A DNA stretch of 64,000 nucleotides from Candidatus Eiseniibacteriota bacterium (GCA_043810925.1 JBDRNT010000037.1:1-64000); one strand, 5' to 3'; counted from the stretch's first letter, positions 53,231 through 62,138 are shown. Program-made: numbers and translations. Notes: generated by a model from the sequence alone, not told the origin.

Positions 53231-54754
53231 TTGCTCAGGATAGTGAACGACAAGATGACCGGTTTCCAGGGCCGGATTCTGATGTTGGGGTGTGGATCGG
53301 TGGCACAGTGCACGCTGCCGCTTCTCCTCAGGCACATCGACGTATCTGCGGACCGGGTTACAGTTATGGACTTCGAAGATCGCAGAACACGGATATCCGA
53401 TTGTCTGGAAAGCGGGGTCCGGTATGTCCAGGAGCGGATCACCCAGAGCAACTTCCGGGAGATGCTCGGCAAGTATGTCGGCCCGGGTGACCTCATTGTG
53501 GACCTTGCATGGGATACCGAGACTATTGAGATACTGGAGTGGTGTAACCAGAACAATGTGATGTTCATAAATACCTCAGTGGAGAAATGGGACCCACATA
53601 CCGGTATCGAGGAGAAGTCACCGTACCGTCGGACTCTCTATTGCCGTCAGATGCGGCTACGCGAGCTGAAGGGGGCGATAGAAGAGAAGGGTGGTGGGGG
53701 TGCGACCGCCGTTGTAGATCATGGTGCAAACCCCGGACTGGTAAGTCACTTTGTGAAGCGGGCTCTCCTTGAGATCGGCAGCGAGATGGTGGACAAGGGT
53801 CTGGGTCCGGCTTCCGGGTCCGGATCGGATCGCCTCGAGGACGTCTTGGCCGGAGCCAAACGGGCCGAGCCGGGCTCATTCGCAAGCCTGTGTCAGCACA
53901 CAGGCACAAAGGTCATACACATTTCTGAGCGAGACACCCAGATTTCAGACAAGCCCAAGGAAGTGGGGGAGTTTGTCAATACCTGGTCGATCGAAGGCTT
54001 TATTGAGGAGGGTACGGCTCCCGCTGAGCTCGGCTGGGGGACACACGAACGCCGGATGCCCAGATACGCATATCATCCCAAGGGCGGGCCGGGCAATCAG
54101 ATCTTCATCGCACAGCCGGGTATCAGGACGTTTGTGTATTCATGGGTCCCCGAAGGCGGGCAGATCATTGGGATGGTGGTCCGGCATGCGGAAGCATTTA
54201 CCATCAGTGACTACCTCACCGTCTGGGAAGACACGGACACGGCGATACGTCAGCCGGTTTTCCGGCCCACGGTCCACTATGCCTATATGCCATGCGACCA
54301 GGCGATTGTGAGCCTGCACGAGTTTGCCATGCATGGCTATGTCCCGCAGGAACGCGGGAGAATCATGACTGATGAGATCACCGGGGGTATCGACGAGCTC
54401 GGTGTTCTCCTGCTCGGCCACGGGCTGGGTGGGTGGTGGACCGGGTCGCAGCTGGGCATCGAAGAAGCTCGAAGGCTGGTTCCGGGTCAGAATGCCACCA
54501 CACTGCAGGTGGCTGCCGCGGTGCTGGCGGGTGTCGTCTGGATGATAAGGAACCCGGCGGAAGGTATCAAAGTCCCCGATGAGTTGCCGCACGATGAGAT
54601 TCTGGACATCGCCTATCCGTACCTGGGACCCTGTCCGTCGGTCAGGACCGACTGGACTCCACTCAGGGACAGGTCAAGGCTCTTCGACAGGTGGGGTAAG
54701 CGAGTACCTGGACAGGACGAGACCTGGCAGTTCACCAGCTTCCTTGTCGACTGA
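53231..54754 (+). CDS. hss: Homospermidine synthase
   Basis: GCGSV, DHGANPGLVSHF, HISERDTQ, NTWSIEG, ELGWGTHE, RPTVHYAY, QNATTLQV; start 53231 or 53255. Confidence 0.93.
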   Translation: MLRIVNDKMTGFQGRILMLGCGSVAQCTLPLLLRHIDVSADRVTVMDFEDRRTRISDCLESGVRYVQERITQSNFREMLGKYVGPGDLIVDLAWDTETIEILEWCNQNNVMFINTSVEKWDPHTGIEEKSPYRRTLYCRQMRLRELKGAIEEKGGGGATAVVDHGANPGLVSHFVKRALLEIGSEMVDKGLGPASGSGSDRLEDVLAGAKRAEPGSFASLCQHTGTKVIHISERDTQISDKPKEVGEFVNTWSIEGFIEEGTAPAELGWGTHERRMPRYAYHPKGGPGNQIFIAQPGIRTFVYSWVPEGGQIIGMVVRHAEAFTISDYLTVWEDTDTAIRQPVFRPTVHYAYMPCDQAIVSLHEFAMHGYVPQERGRIMTDEITGGIDELGVLLLGHGLGGWWTGSQLGIEEARRLVPGQNATTLQVAAAVLAGVVWMIRNPAEGIKVPDELPHDEILDIAYPYLGPCPSVRTDWTPLRDRSRLFDRWGKRVPGQDETWQFTSFLVD

Positions 54755-54913
54755 GCGTGCCCTGGAGAACACGTTTGTCTCCGGCATTAATCCCTTGACA
54801 AAGCCGGGAGTCTATTCGATCATTCAACGTCGCGCAGGCGGTCATATGGTGGCCGCCGCGGTTTTCATTCCGTTGGTCCGTTAGAGTGGTATTAGAGCCC
54901 CAGGCCGCACTAT

Positions 54914-56665
54914 ATGAGGGAAGCAACTGACAGACTGCTAGGCCGCCTGCTGATAGTGGCAGCAGTCCTTGCGGGAGCCTCCCTGGTAGCACGTTACGGC
55001 TTCTATCTTCCCCAGGTCTATATCGGATACCTCAACGGCCTCGATGTCGGTATAATCTCCTTCTTCATCGCCGAGAACTTCCTGAGACTGCTCATAAGCA
55101 GGGAAAAGCTCGCTTATCTCAGGTCCCACTGGCTTGATTTCACTTTCATAGGACTGTTCTCAGCCCAGATAATTTCGCTGCGTTTCTTCTCCGAATCTGA
55201 GATGGTGGCCATCTTCCTTGCACGGCTCAGTATCGTATCCCTGACCAAGGCCTACATAGTCGCCGTCCAGGTCTATATCGGGGCGGCACTTTTCACCAAG
55301 ACGGTAGATGCCAACAGGGTGATTGCGCGCCTGAACCTGAGCGCCTCGCAGCTGGTGCTTTTGAGTTTTGCGTTTGCCATCAGTATCGGGACACTCCTGC
55401 TCCTGCTCCCACGGGCTACCACAACCGGTATCTCGATGCCGTTCATCGACGCCCTCTTCACCGCGGCTTCCGCCACATGCGTGACGGGCCTGATCGTGGT
55501 TGACACGGGGACTTACTTCTCGAGGTTCGGGCAAGGAATAATCCTGTTCCTGATCCAGCTCGGCGGCATCGGCATAATGAGTTTGGTGGCCTTCTCCGCA
55601 GTTGTGATGGGCCGGGGAATAGGTATGCGTCAGAGGGCGGTGATGAAGGACATCCTGAGTTCGGACTTGATAGGGGAGGTAACCGGACTCTTAAGAAACA
55701 TCGTATTGATAACCGGGCTCTGCGAGCTGGCAGGCGTACTGATACTGTCGCGACTCTGGGCTCGGGACTTCGCCTCCCCGTTTACCACATTCTACTACTC
55801 TCTCTTTCACTCGATATCAGCGTTCTGCAATGCGGGCTTCTCGCTGTTCATGGACAGTCTTGAAGGATTTGCGGGCAGGGTGGACGTTATCATGGTCTTT
55901 ATTGTCCTGATAGTCATCGGCGGCCTGGGCTTCACAGTCGTATCGAACCTGGCCTCCTGCCTGGTCAGCATCGCCAAGAGACGGAGAGCCGGGCCCAGAC
56001 TCAGTCTTCATTCAAGGATGGTCCTGGTTGCAACCGGTATTCTTTTGAGCTTCGGGACTCTTGCCTTCTATCTGTTCGAAGCGAACAAGTCGATAGCCTC
56101 TATGCCGGCAGCCCAGCGGATGCTGTCGGCGTTCTTCACCTCTGTCACCGCCAGAACCGCGGGGTTCAGCACCACTACGATGGGAGCGATAGCCACCCCC
56201 GGTGCGCTGATCGTCATACTTCTGATGTTCATAGGTGCCTCACCCGGAGGAACGGGAGGAGGGATCAAGACCAGTACGATAGCGGTCATGGTTGCAACAA
56301 TAAGATCGATCTTGAGGGGCAGGCCCAGCGTTGAGGTCTTCAAACGCGCGATTCCTCAGGACGTGGTCAATAAAGCCATCTGTGTGGTTATCCTGTCCCT
56401 TGGACTGATTCTCATCTCGGTGATCATCATCTCCGTTGCAGAGGAGCAACCACTTACCGAAGTCCTGTTCGAAAGCGTGTCGGCCTTTGGTACGGTGGGC
56501 CTTTCCCGGGGACTAACACGGGACTTGACTACAACAAGCAAGATAGTGATAATTCTTACAATGTTTTTTGGCAGGATCGGGCCCTTGACTCTTGGGCTGG
56601 CGATAAGACAGAGGATGCGTGATTCGTCTTACTCCTATCCTGCCGAAAGAGTGATGATAGGTTGA
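54914..56665 (+). CDS. TrkH/KtrB potassium uptake membrane subunit with N-terminal TM extension
   Basis: SATCVTGL, SAFCNAGF, ARTAGF, GTGGGIKT, SAFGTVGLS pore motifs. Confidence 0.93.
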   Translation: MREATDRLLGRLLIVAAVLAGASLVARYGFYLPQVYIGYLNGLDVGIISFFIAENFLRLLISREKLAYLRSHWLDFTFIGLFSAQIISLRFFSESEMVAIFLARLSIVSLTKAYIVAVQVYIGAALFTKTVDANRVIARLNLSASQLVLLSFAFAISIGTLLLLLPRATTTGISMPFIDALFTAASATCVTGLIVVDTGTYFSRFGQGIILFLIQLGGIGIMSLVAFSAVVMGRGIGMRQRAVMKDILSSDLIGEVTGLLRNIVLITGLCELAGVLILSRLWARDFASPFTTFYYSLFHSISAFCNAGFSLFMDSLEGFAGRVDVIMVFIVLIVIGGLGFTVVSNLASCLVSIAKRRRAGPRLSLHSRMVLVATGILLSFGTLAFYLFEANKSIASMPAAQRMLSAFFTSVTARTAGFSTTTMGAIATPGALIVILLMFIGASPGGTGGGIKTSTIAVMVATIRSILRGRPSVEVFKRAIPQDVVNKAICVVILSLGLILISVIIISVAEEQPLTEVLFESVSAFGTVGLSRGLTRDLTTTSKIVIILTMFFGRIGPLTLGLAIRQRMRDSSYSYPAERVMIG

Positions 56666-56680
56666 GAGGGGGATCTGGAT

Positions 56681-57325
56681 TTGCCAGGACGTACGAAGAA
56701 AACAGCGAAGGGAAAGCCAAGACCTGCCGGGAAGGCGACCAGAAAAGTGACCAAGAAGGTGGCGAAGAAAACGGCGAAAAAGGTGACCGGAAAGCCCGCC
56801 GGGAAAACAGCCCGGAAGATGGTCAAGAAGGCGACCCGGAAACCGCCCAAGAAGGTTGCAAAGCCGAAACGCCAAGCCCCTCCACCGGGTTCCGCCATGG
56901 AGGCCAAGCCCGGGGTAGGTGTTGCACCCAAGGAGTCGGTGAAGTCCCGCGTAATGCAGTCGAGAGCCAGGGTGGACGAACTCAGGTCCATGCTCGAAAC
57001 CAAGCGGGCTGAGATCTCAGACGAGATCAAAAAAGCACGAGAAGACAGTATGAAGAACGATCATACCAGCTTCCCCGAGGTGGGGGACCTCGTTTCTGCC
57101 TCGGTTGAGAAGGAAAGGGCCTTCGAACATGGGGAGGCCGGGGTCAATGCCCTGCGGGAAATCAACGCGGCCCTGGAGAAGCTTAAATCCGGCACCTACG
57201 GTATCTGTGAGATGTGCACCAAGGCCATAGGGGTTAAGAGACTTAAGGTGATGCCCTCGGCCCGGCTTTGCATCAAGTGCAAGTCGAAGGAGGAGTCTTC
57301 AGGAGGAGTCTCCACGGGCCGATGA
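56681..57325 (+). CDS. TraR/DksA C4 zinc-finger protein with Lys/Ala-rich N-terminus
   Basis: GTYGICEMC...RL.VMP.ARLCIKC. Confidence 0.88.
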   Translation: MPGRTKKTAKGKPRPAGKATRKVTKKVAKKTAKKVTGKPAGKTARKMVKKATRKPPKKVAKPKRQAPPPGSAMEAKPGVGVAPKESVKSRVMQSRARVDELRSMLETKRAEISDEIKKAREDSMKNDHTSFPEVGDLVSASVEKERAFEHGEAGVNALREINAALEKLKSGTYGICEMCTKAIGVKRLKVMPSARLCIKCKSKEESSGGVSTGR

Positions 57326-57339
57326 AGTAAATATGGAGA

Positions 57340-57368
57340 TTGACAAATCTCTATGAGTGCGCTATAGT
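57340..57368 (+). promoter_or_regulatory. Strong sigma70 promoter TTGACA-N17-TATAGT
   Basis: 11/12 consensus positions, ideal spacer; SD GGAGG at 57389-57393 follows. Confidence 0.8.
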
Positions 57369-57402
57369 AAGACATGAGGGCTATTAGCGGAGGCGCGTTG
57401 AT

Positions 57403-57702
57403 ATGACGCCTAGATGGCTCATGGCTTTTGCAGTTGTTCTTGCTCTGGCGTTCTGCGGAACTGCGCTTGCCGGACCAAAAGCTCACGACTGGGGTGACCC
57501 CGACATCTTCGAAGGCACAAAACCGAAGGGTCTGACTCCGCGCGAGCAAATATCCGGGGATGCCGGTCCAGCATTTATCGTGCTAGATGTCCCTATCTAT
57601 CATCGGTTCATCCAGGTCCAGCATGAGCACGGGCGAAAGCTTGATCCAGTACCAACAAGAAGGATTTCTGTTGCCTTGAGGAAGACCCGCGTAGGACGGT
57701 AA
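57403..57702 (+). CDS. Small secreted protein / candidate signalling pro-peptide (99 aa)
   Basis: Promoter and SD; Sec-type signal peptide ending A-L-A; mature N-terminus GPKAHDWGDPDIF. Confidence 0.75.
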   Translation: MTPRWLMAFAVVLALAFCGTALAGPKAHDWGDPDIFEGTKPKGLTPREQISGDAGPAFIVLDVPIYHRFIQVQHEHGRKLDPVPTRRISVALRKTRVGR

Positions 57703-57750
57703 TCTGGGCAGCAGACTTTTCACCCTTCAAGCTGGCGGGGAAAGGGTGAC

Positions 57751-60700
57751 ATGGATAAGGTACACGGCAACGGGCCGAGGGACAGAGATGGCCAAGATCG
57801 TAAGCGGCAGGGTATAACCACATCATTAGAAGATCTAGGAAACTTCTGCCTTGCCAGTGGGGAATTTACGACCGCCATCGAGTACTTCAGCAAGTTGCTG
57901 GCCGGCTGCAAGAGCTCGGAAGAATCCAGACCAAGACGTGCTTCCCTTCTTCGTAGACTTGCCACCTGCTACACCAAGATAGGCAAGTGTGACCACGCGC
58001 TGGAGCTGCTTGATAAAGCCTTTATGCTTGTGACGGATGACGAAGATCCTATAGAGCTGGCCCGTATCATCGGAGAGCGGGGATGGGTGCACTTCAAGCG
58101 GGGCGAGTATGATCTCTCCCAGGCTGATCTCGAATCCTGTCTCGATATCCTGCTCGGTGATGATAGAGGAAGGGCAATAGCCAGCACCTACAATCGTCTG
58201 GGCAGTGTACTGGCAAGAAAGGGAGAGGTCGAAAGCGCGTTGGACCTCTTCCAGGCCGCTCTTTCGGCAGCCAGACTGATCAAGGACCCGGAGCTCACAG
58301 GCAACTGTCTGAACAACCTTGGTCTTGTCTGCAAGTACCTGGGCCGCTGGTCGCAATCCCAGACCTACCACGAGGAAGCGCTCAGTCTTGCCGATGAGGT
58401 GGGGCAGCACATGGAGAAGGGTCTGCGTCTGAGCAACCTCGGGATCATTTACTCCAAACGCGGTTACCTGAAGAAAGCATATAGATGTTGGACTGAGGCC
58501 ATGAGCATTCTTGTCCACATTGGCAACGTGTGGGACGTGGCATCGGTCCGTTTGGCACTTGGTCATTACCACCTGACGTTTCACCAGTATGCCGAGGCGG
58601 AAGAATTCTTCGCTTGTGCGATGAAGGAGAGCTCGGAAAACGGTGATGCGCGTACACTGGCATTGAGTCTCGAAGCCATGGGCGACCTCCATTTCACTTG
58701 TGGCCGGATTGAGTCTGCTCATCGCTGCTATCTTGAGTCCCTTGAGCTCGCAGAAGAGATAGCGCCTCATGGTGACCTCGTCGCCGAGGTCAAGCGGAGA
58801 CTTGCGGATGTTGAGGTCAGCCGGGGCAGCTACGAGGTAGGCATGCAGCTTGCCGGTGAGGCTCTCGAGGTGGCGCAGGGCATACGAGACGTCTTCGAGC
58901 AGGGTTGCGCGCAGCGGTCCAAGGCTTGTGCGGAGTTCCATCTCGGGGAGTGGGAGGTGGCCAGGGTCAGCTTCAACAAGTCCATCGACCTTCTGTCAGC
59001 CATCGGCGACCGGAAGGAACTGGCGATGACGTATCTGAAGTCCGGTGATCTGCTCGCCACGCAGCCGGCTTCATGCGACACGGCAAGATCCCATTTGACC
59101 CAGGCTTTGTCGATCTTCGAGGATCTGGAGATGTCATACGAAGCCGGGCTGTCCGCTTTGTGGCTCGGTCGTGTTGCCGCGACGTGTGGAGATGTTGAGA
59201 GCTGTCACGGACTGTTGGACAGAGTGGCGGCCATTTTTGATGGCGACATGCCGGGTGAGATACGTGATGAGATCGGCAGGATCGAGCGGGAAGCCGACGA
59301 GCGTGTGTCATGTTTGTCCGTAAGTGAGAGCAACGGGCTGGCCAGCTTCAACTCAATCGTGGGTAGGGTGCTCACTGCTCGCGGTCAGGCTGAAAAGCTG
59401 GACATAATCCTCGATTCGTGTGTTTGTGAGACTGGGGCGACCAGAGGGTTGATTCTTTCCGGCCACAACGGCGGGCTCAAACTCCTGGCAAGCAAGAATG
59501 TGGATGGTGACGACGGTAACGGTGTTGTGTCCGCTGTAGATGAGCTGTTGATGATGACCGAGGCCTCTGAGAGACCGGTGGTCAGCACCAGCATCCGTAA
59601 GGATGGGAGATTCCGTGATGTCGTTGCGACTCAGTCTCTGGACGGTGCGGTGCTGTGTGTGCCGCTGGTGCTGAATGACGAGGGACCGGGCTGCATATAT
59701 CTGGACAGCAAAGAGGATGGACAGTTTTTCACCAGAAGCGATGTCGAATTCGTTGTTGCGCTGACGGGTATCCTCAAGAGCGTGTTATCGGAGGCGAAGC
59801 TCGGCAGGTATGTTGAGGAAACACGGTACCTGCGCAGCAATCTTGAGAAGGCACGCCGTTTCCAGGGCATGATAACTCAGAACAGGAAGATGCTGGAGGT
59901 GATGGAAGCCGTCGAATTCCTCTGCCGGACGTCCACCACGGTCCTCATTGAGGGTGAGACGGGCACAGGCAAGGAGATGCTGGCGCGGGCGATTCATTCC
60001 AGCGGTGACAGGAAGGACAAGCCTTTTGTGACGATAGACTGTTCCGCGCTTTCCAATGAGCTCCTCGAGAGTGAGCTTTTCGGGCACATAAGGGGCGCAT
60101 TCACGGATGCAAAGACAAACAAGACGGGTCTTTTCGAGTCGGCTGACGGAGGGACCGTCTTCCTGGACGAGGTGGGCAAGACCTCAAGGAAGTTCCAGGA
60201 GCGGCTGCTCCAGGTTGTCGACAAGAGGGAGTTCAAGCCGGTCGGTTCTACACAGTCCCGGAAAGCCGACTTCCGGCTGATCTGTGCGACCAACCGGGAT
60301 ATGAGTAACGAGGTCGCCTCAGGTCGATTCATGGAGGATCTCTACTACAGGCTCAAGGTGATTTCCTTAAGACTGCCGCCCCTGCGCGAGAGGCGGGACG
60401 ATATCCCGCTGTTGGCGGAGCACTTCCTCGGTGTGTATTGCGGCAAGATGGGCAAGGCCGTGGTTGGGTTCTCGGCCCCTGCGATGGATCTCCTCGTGAG
60501 TTACTCCTGGGCGGGTAATGTGAGACAACTGGAGCACGAGGTCGAAAGGGCGGTCACCTTTGCCGGTGACGGAGACCTGATCACACCTGATCTCTTCTCC
60601 GATGAGTTGTCCGAGTGGGGCAGCGTAGTCACCACCGATCGCACACGGCCGATGGCGGAGGCCGTCCAGCAGATCGAGAGACAGATGATAAAAGAGGCGA

Positions 60701-60801
60701 TGCGCCGCTTTAGCGGTAACAAGACCAGAGCTGCCAAGAGCCTTGGTTTGAGTAGACGCGGTCTTCTTAATAAAATTCAGCGTTACCACCTCAGATCGTA
60801 A
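57751..60801 (+). CDS. Sigma54-dependent enhancer-binding protein: TPR array, GAF, AAA+, Fis-type HTH
   Basis: About 12 TPR-like repeats of ~40 aa; GETGTGKE, ESELFGH..GAFTDA, FLDEV, DLYYRL, WAGNVRQL, GNKTRAAKSLGLSR. Confidence 0.95.
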   Translation: MDKVHGNGPRDRDGQDRKRQGITTSLEDLGNFCLASGEFTTAIEYFSKLLAGCKSSEESRPRRASLLRRLATCYTKIGKCDHALELLDKAFMLVTDDEDPIELARIIGERGWVHFKRGEYDLSQADLESCLDILLGDDRGRAIASTYNRLGSVLARKGEVESALDLFQAALSAARLIKDPELTGNCLNNLGLVCKYLGRWSQSQTYHEEALSLADEVGQHMEKGLRLSNLGIIYSKRGYLKKAYRCWTEAMSILVHIGNVWDVASVRLALGHYHLTFHQYAEAEEFFACAMKESSENGDARTLALSLEAMGDLHFTCGRIESAHRCYLESLELAEEIAPHGDLVAEVKRRLADVEVSRGSYEVGMQLAGEALEVAQGIRDVFEQGCAQRSKACAEFHLGEWEVARVSFNKSIDLLSAIGDRKELAMTYLKSGDLLATQPASCDTARSHLTQALSIFEDLEMSYEAGLSALWLGRVAATCGDVESCHGLLDRVAAIFDGDMPGEIRDEIGRIEREADERVSCLSVSESNGLASFNSIVGRVLTARGQAEKLDIILDSCVCETGATRGLILSGHNGGLKLLASKNVDGDDGNGVVSAVDELLMMTEASERPVVSTSIRKDGRFRDVVATQSLDGAVLCVPLVLNDEGPGCIYLDSKEDGQFFTRSDVEFVVALTGILKSVLSEAKLGRYVEETRYLRSNLEKARRFQGMITQNRKMLEVMEAVEFLCRTSTTVLIEGETGTGKEMLARAIHSSGDRKDKPFVTIDCSALSNELLESELFGHIRGAFTDAKTNKTGLFESADGGTVFLDEVGKTSRKFQERLLQVVDKREFKPVGSTQSRKADFRLICATNRDMSNEVASGRFMEDLYYRLKVISLRLPPLRERRDDIPLLAEHFLGVYCGKMGKAVVGFSAPAMDLLVSYSWAGNVRQLEHEVERAVTFAGDGDLITPDLFSDELSEWGSVVTTDRTRPMAEAVQQIERQMIKEAMRRFSGNKTRAAKSLGLSRRGLLNKIQRYHLRS

Positions 60802-60900
60802 AGCAACTTCGCGACCCGACCGTAACCAAACTTCTCACTGAAAACCCTTTGTTTGCAGGGCTTGCGGCACAGCTTTGAAAAGTCGTAAACTTGCTTCACA
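60797..60900. promoter_or_regulatory. Three 17-bp imperfect palindromes, candidate upstream activator sites
   Basis: CGTAAAGCAACTTCGCG (60797), CGTAACCAAACTTCTCA (60821), CGTAAACTTGCTTCACA (60884). Confidence 0.55.
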
Positions 60901-61013
60901 GGTTCCCGTCGGCCTCCGTATGCCGCCTCCGCTCACCGGATCGGATCGACCCGATATCCACTTGGTTTTAAAGCAGATAAATAGGGATATGATATAGCGG
61001 TCTGAATACACAG

Positions 61014-61028
61014 CGGCACGGAACTTGC
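61014..61028 (+). promoter_or_regulatory. Sigma54 promoter CGGCACGGAACTTGC upstream of the alternative sigma factor
   Basis: YGGCACG-N4-TTGC; GGCACGGAACTTGCC is identical to the sprA site. Confidence 0.82.
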
Positions 61029-61134
61029 CCTACCTTAGATGCGGGTACAATAAGCCTCTCGTCTCTCAAGCAGGCAATGTATCTGTTGGATAGCGTGAGA
61101 GCTTCTGGACGGTACCCACGGATTGGGTGAAGCG

Positions 61135-62076
61135 ATGTTGCGCCAAGACCTCATTGATGAGGGTGAATGTAATTCGCCCTTTAGCCAGTACCTGACGGGT
61201 CACAGCTCTCCCCGCCAGCGCCGGCCTGAGCAGAAGCCGGACAAGTCGGGTGAGAGTCTCTCAGCATATCTAAGGGCGATAAGCAGGATCCCGCTCTTAA
61301 CGAGAGAAGAAGAGCAGGACCTGGCCCGGCGGGTCCGGAGAGGGGACGTGACGGCCAAGGAACGAATGGTGCTGGCCAACCTGAGGCTGGTTATCTCAAT
61401 AGCCCGGAGGTATCAGGGGATGGGTCTTCCGCTGGCCGATCTTATCGGTGAAGGGAATCTTGGTTTGATAAAGGCCGTAGACCGGTTCAAGCACGAGAAA
61501 GGCTACAGGTTCAGTACGTATGCGTCCAAGTGGATCAGGCAGGCCGTGACCAAGACACTTGCCACCGATAGCAGAACGGTCCGGCTTCCGGCCAATGTGA
61601 TAGAGATCATCCGCAAGGTCAGAGCGACCGAGGAGACCCTTCTGCAGAACCGGAGGGAAGAACCGGCCGAGCAGGAAGTATGCAACAGGGTCGGGGTTTC
61701 ATCCTCACGATATGCTCAGGTCACCAATGCGTCATCGACGGTTTCGCTTGATTCGCCCTGTTCTCCCGATGGGGATGTCTCACTCCATGAGGTTCTTGCG
61801 GATACATCCGAAAGTCCCCCGGATGACATCGCCTTCCGGCGAATCGACAATACCAAGCTGGGTGAGCTTCTCGACAGGCTTTCGAAACGGGAAAGGAGGA
61901 TTCTCTCCTACCGTTTCGGGCTTGAGGACGGCAATCTCAGGTCGCTTGCCGAAACCGGCAAGATGGTGGGTATTACACGTGAGAGGATTAGACAGATCGA
62001 GAAGAGAGCCATTGAGAAAATGAGAAGAATGATGAAGAAGAGGAGGATGCGTAAGGTCCTAATGCAAGGTAAGTAG
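61135..62076 (+). CDS. Alternative sigma70-family factor (RpoD/RpoS-like, no region 1.1)
   Basis: YLRAISRIPLLT, ANLRLVISIARRY, RFSTYA, TRERIRQIE; start 61123 (TTG) or 61135. Confidence 0.93.
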   Translation: MLRQDLIDEGECNSPFSQYLTGHSSPRQRRPEQKPDKSGESLSAYLRAISRIPLLTREEEQDLARRVRRGDVTAKERMVLANLRLVISIARRYQGMGLPLADLIGEGNLGLIKAVDRFKHEKGYRFSTYASKWIRQAVTKTLATDSRTVRLPANVIEIIRKVRATEETLLQNRREEPAEQEVCNRVGVSSSRYAQVTNASSTVSLDSPCSPDGDVSLHEVLADTSESPPDDIAFRRIDNTKLGELLDRLSKRERRILSYRFGLEDGNLRSLAETGKMVGITRERIRQIEKRAIEKMRRMMKKRRMRKVLMQGK

Positions 62077-62138
62077 CCTTCTCTCCGGATTGTGCCTTCG
62101 TTTGTCCCCGCGGCGAGGGCACAATCTCTTTCATACGG

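Noticed and set aside
56662-57012. Alternative-frame 116-aa ORF over the DksA N-terminus
   Set aside because: By-product of low-complexity Lys/Ala codons
60091-60111. GAFTDA instead of GAFTGA as a sign of an inactive activator
   Set aside because: The critical F and T are retained and this variant is common among sigma54 activators
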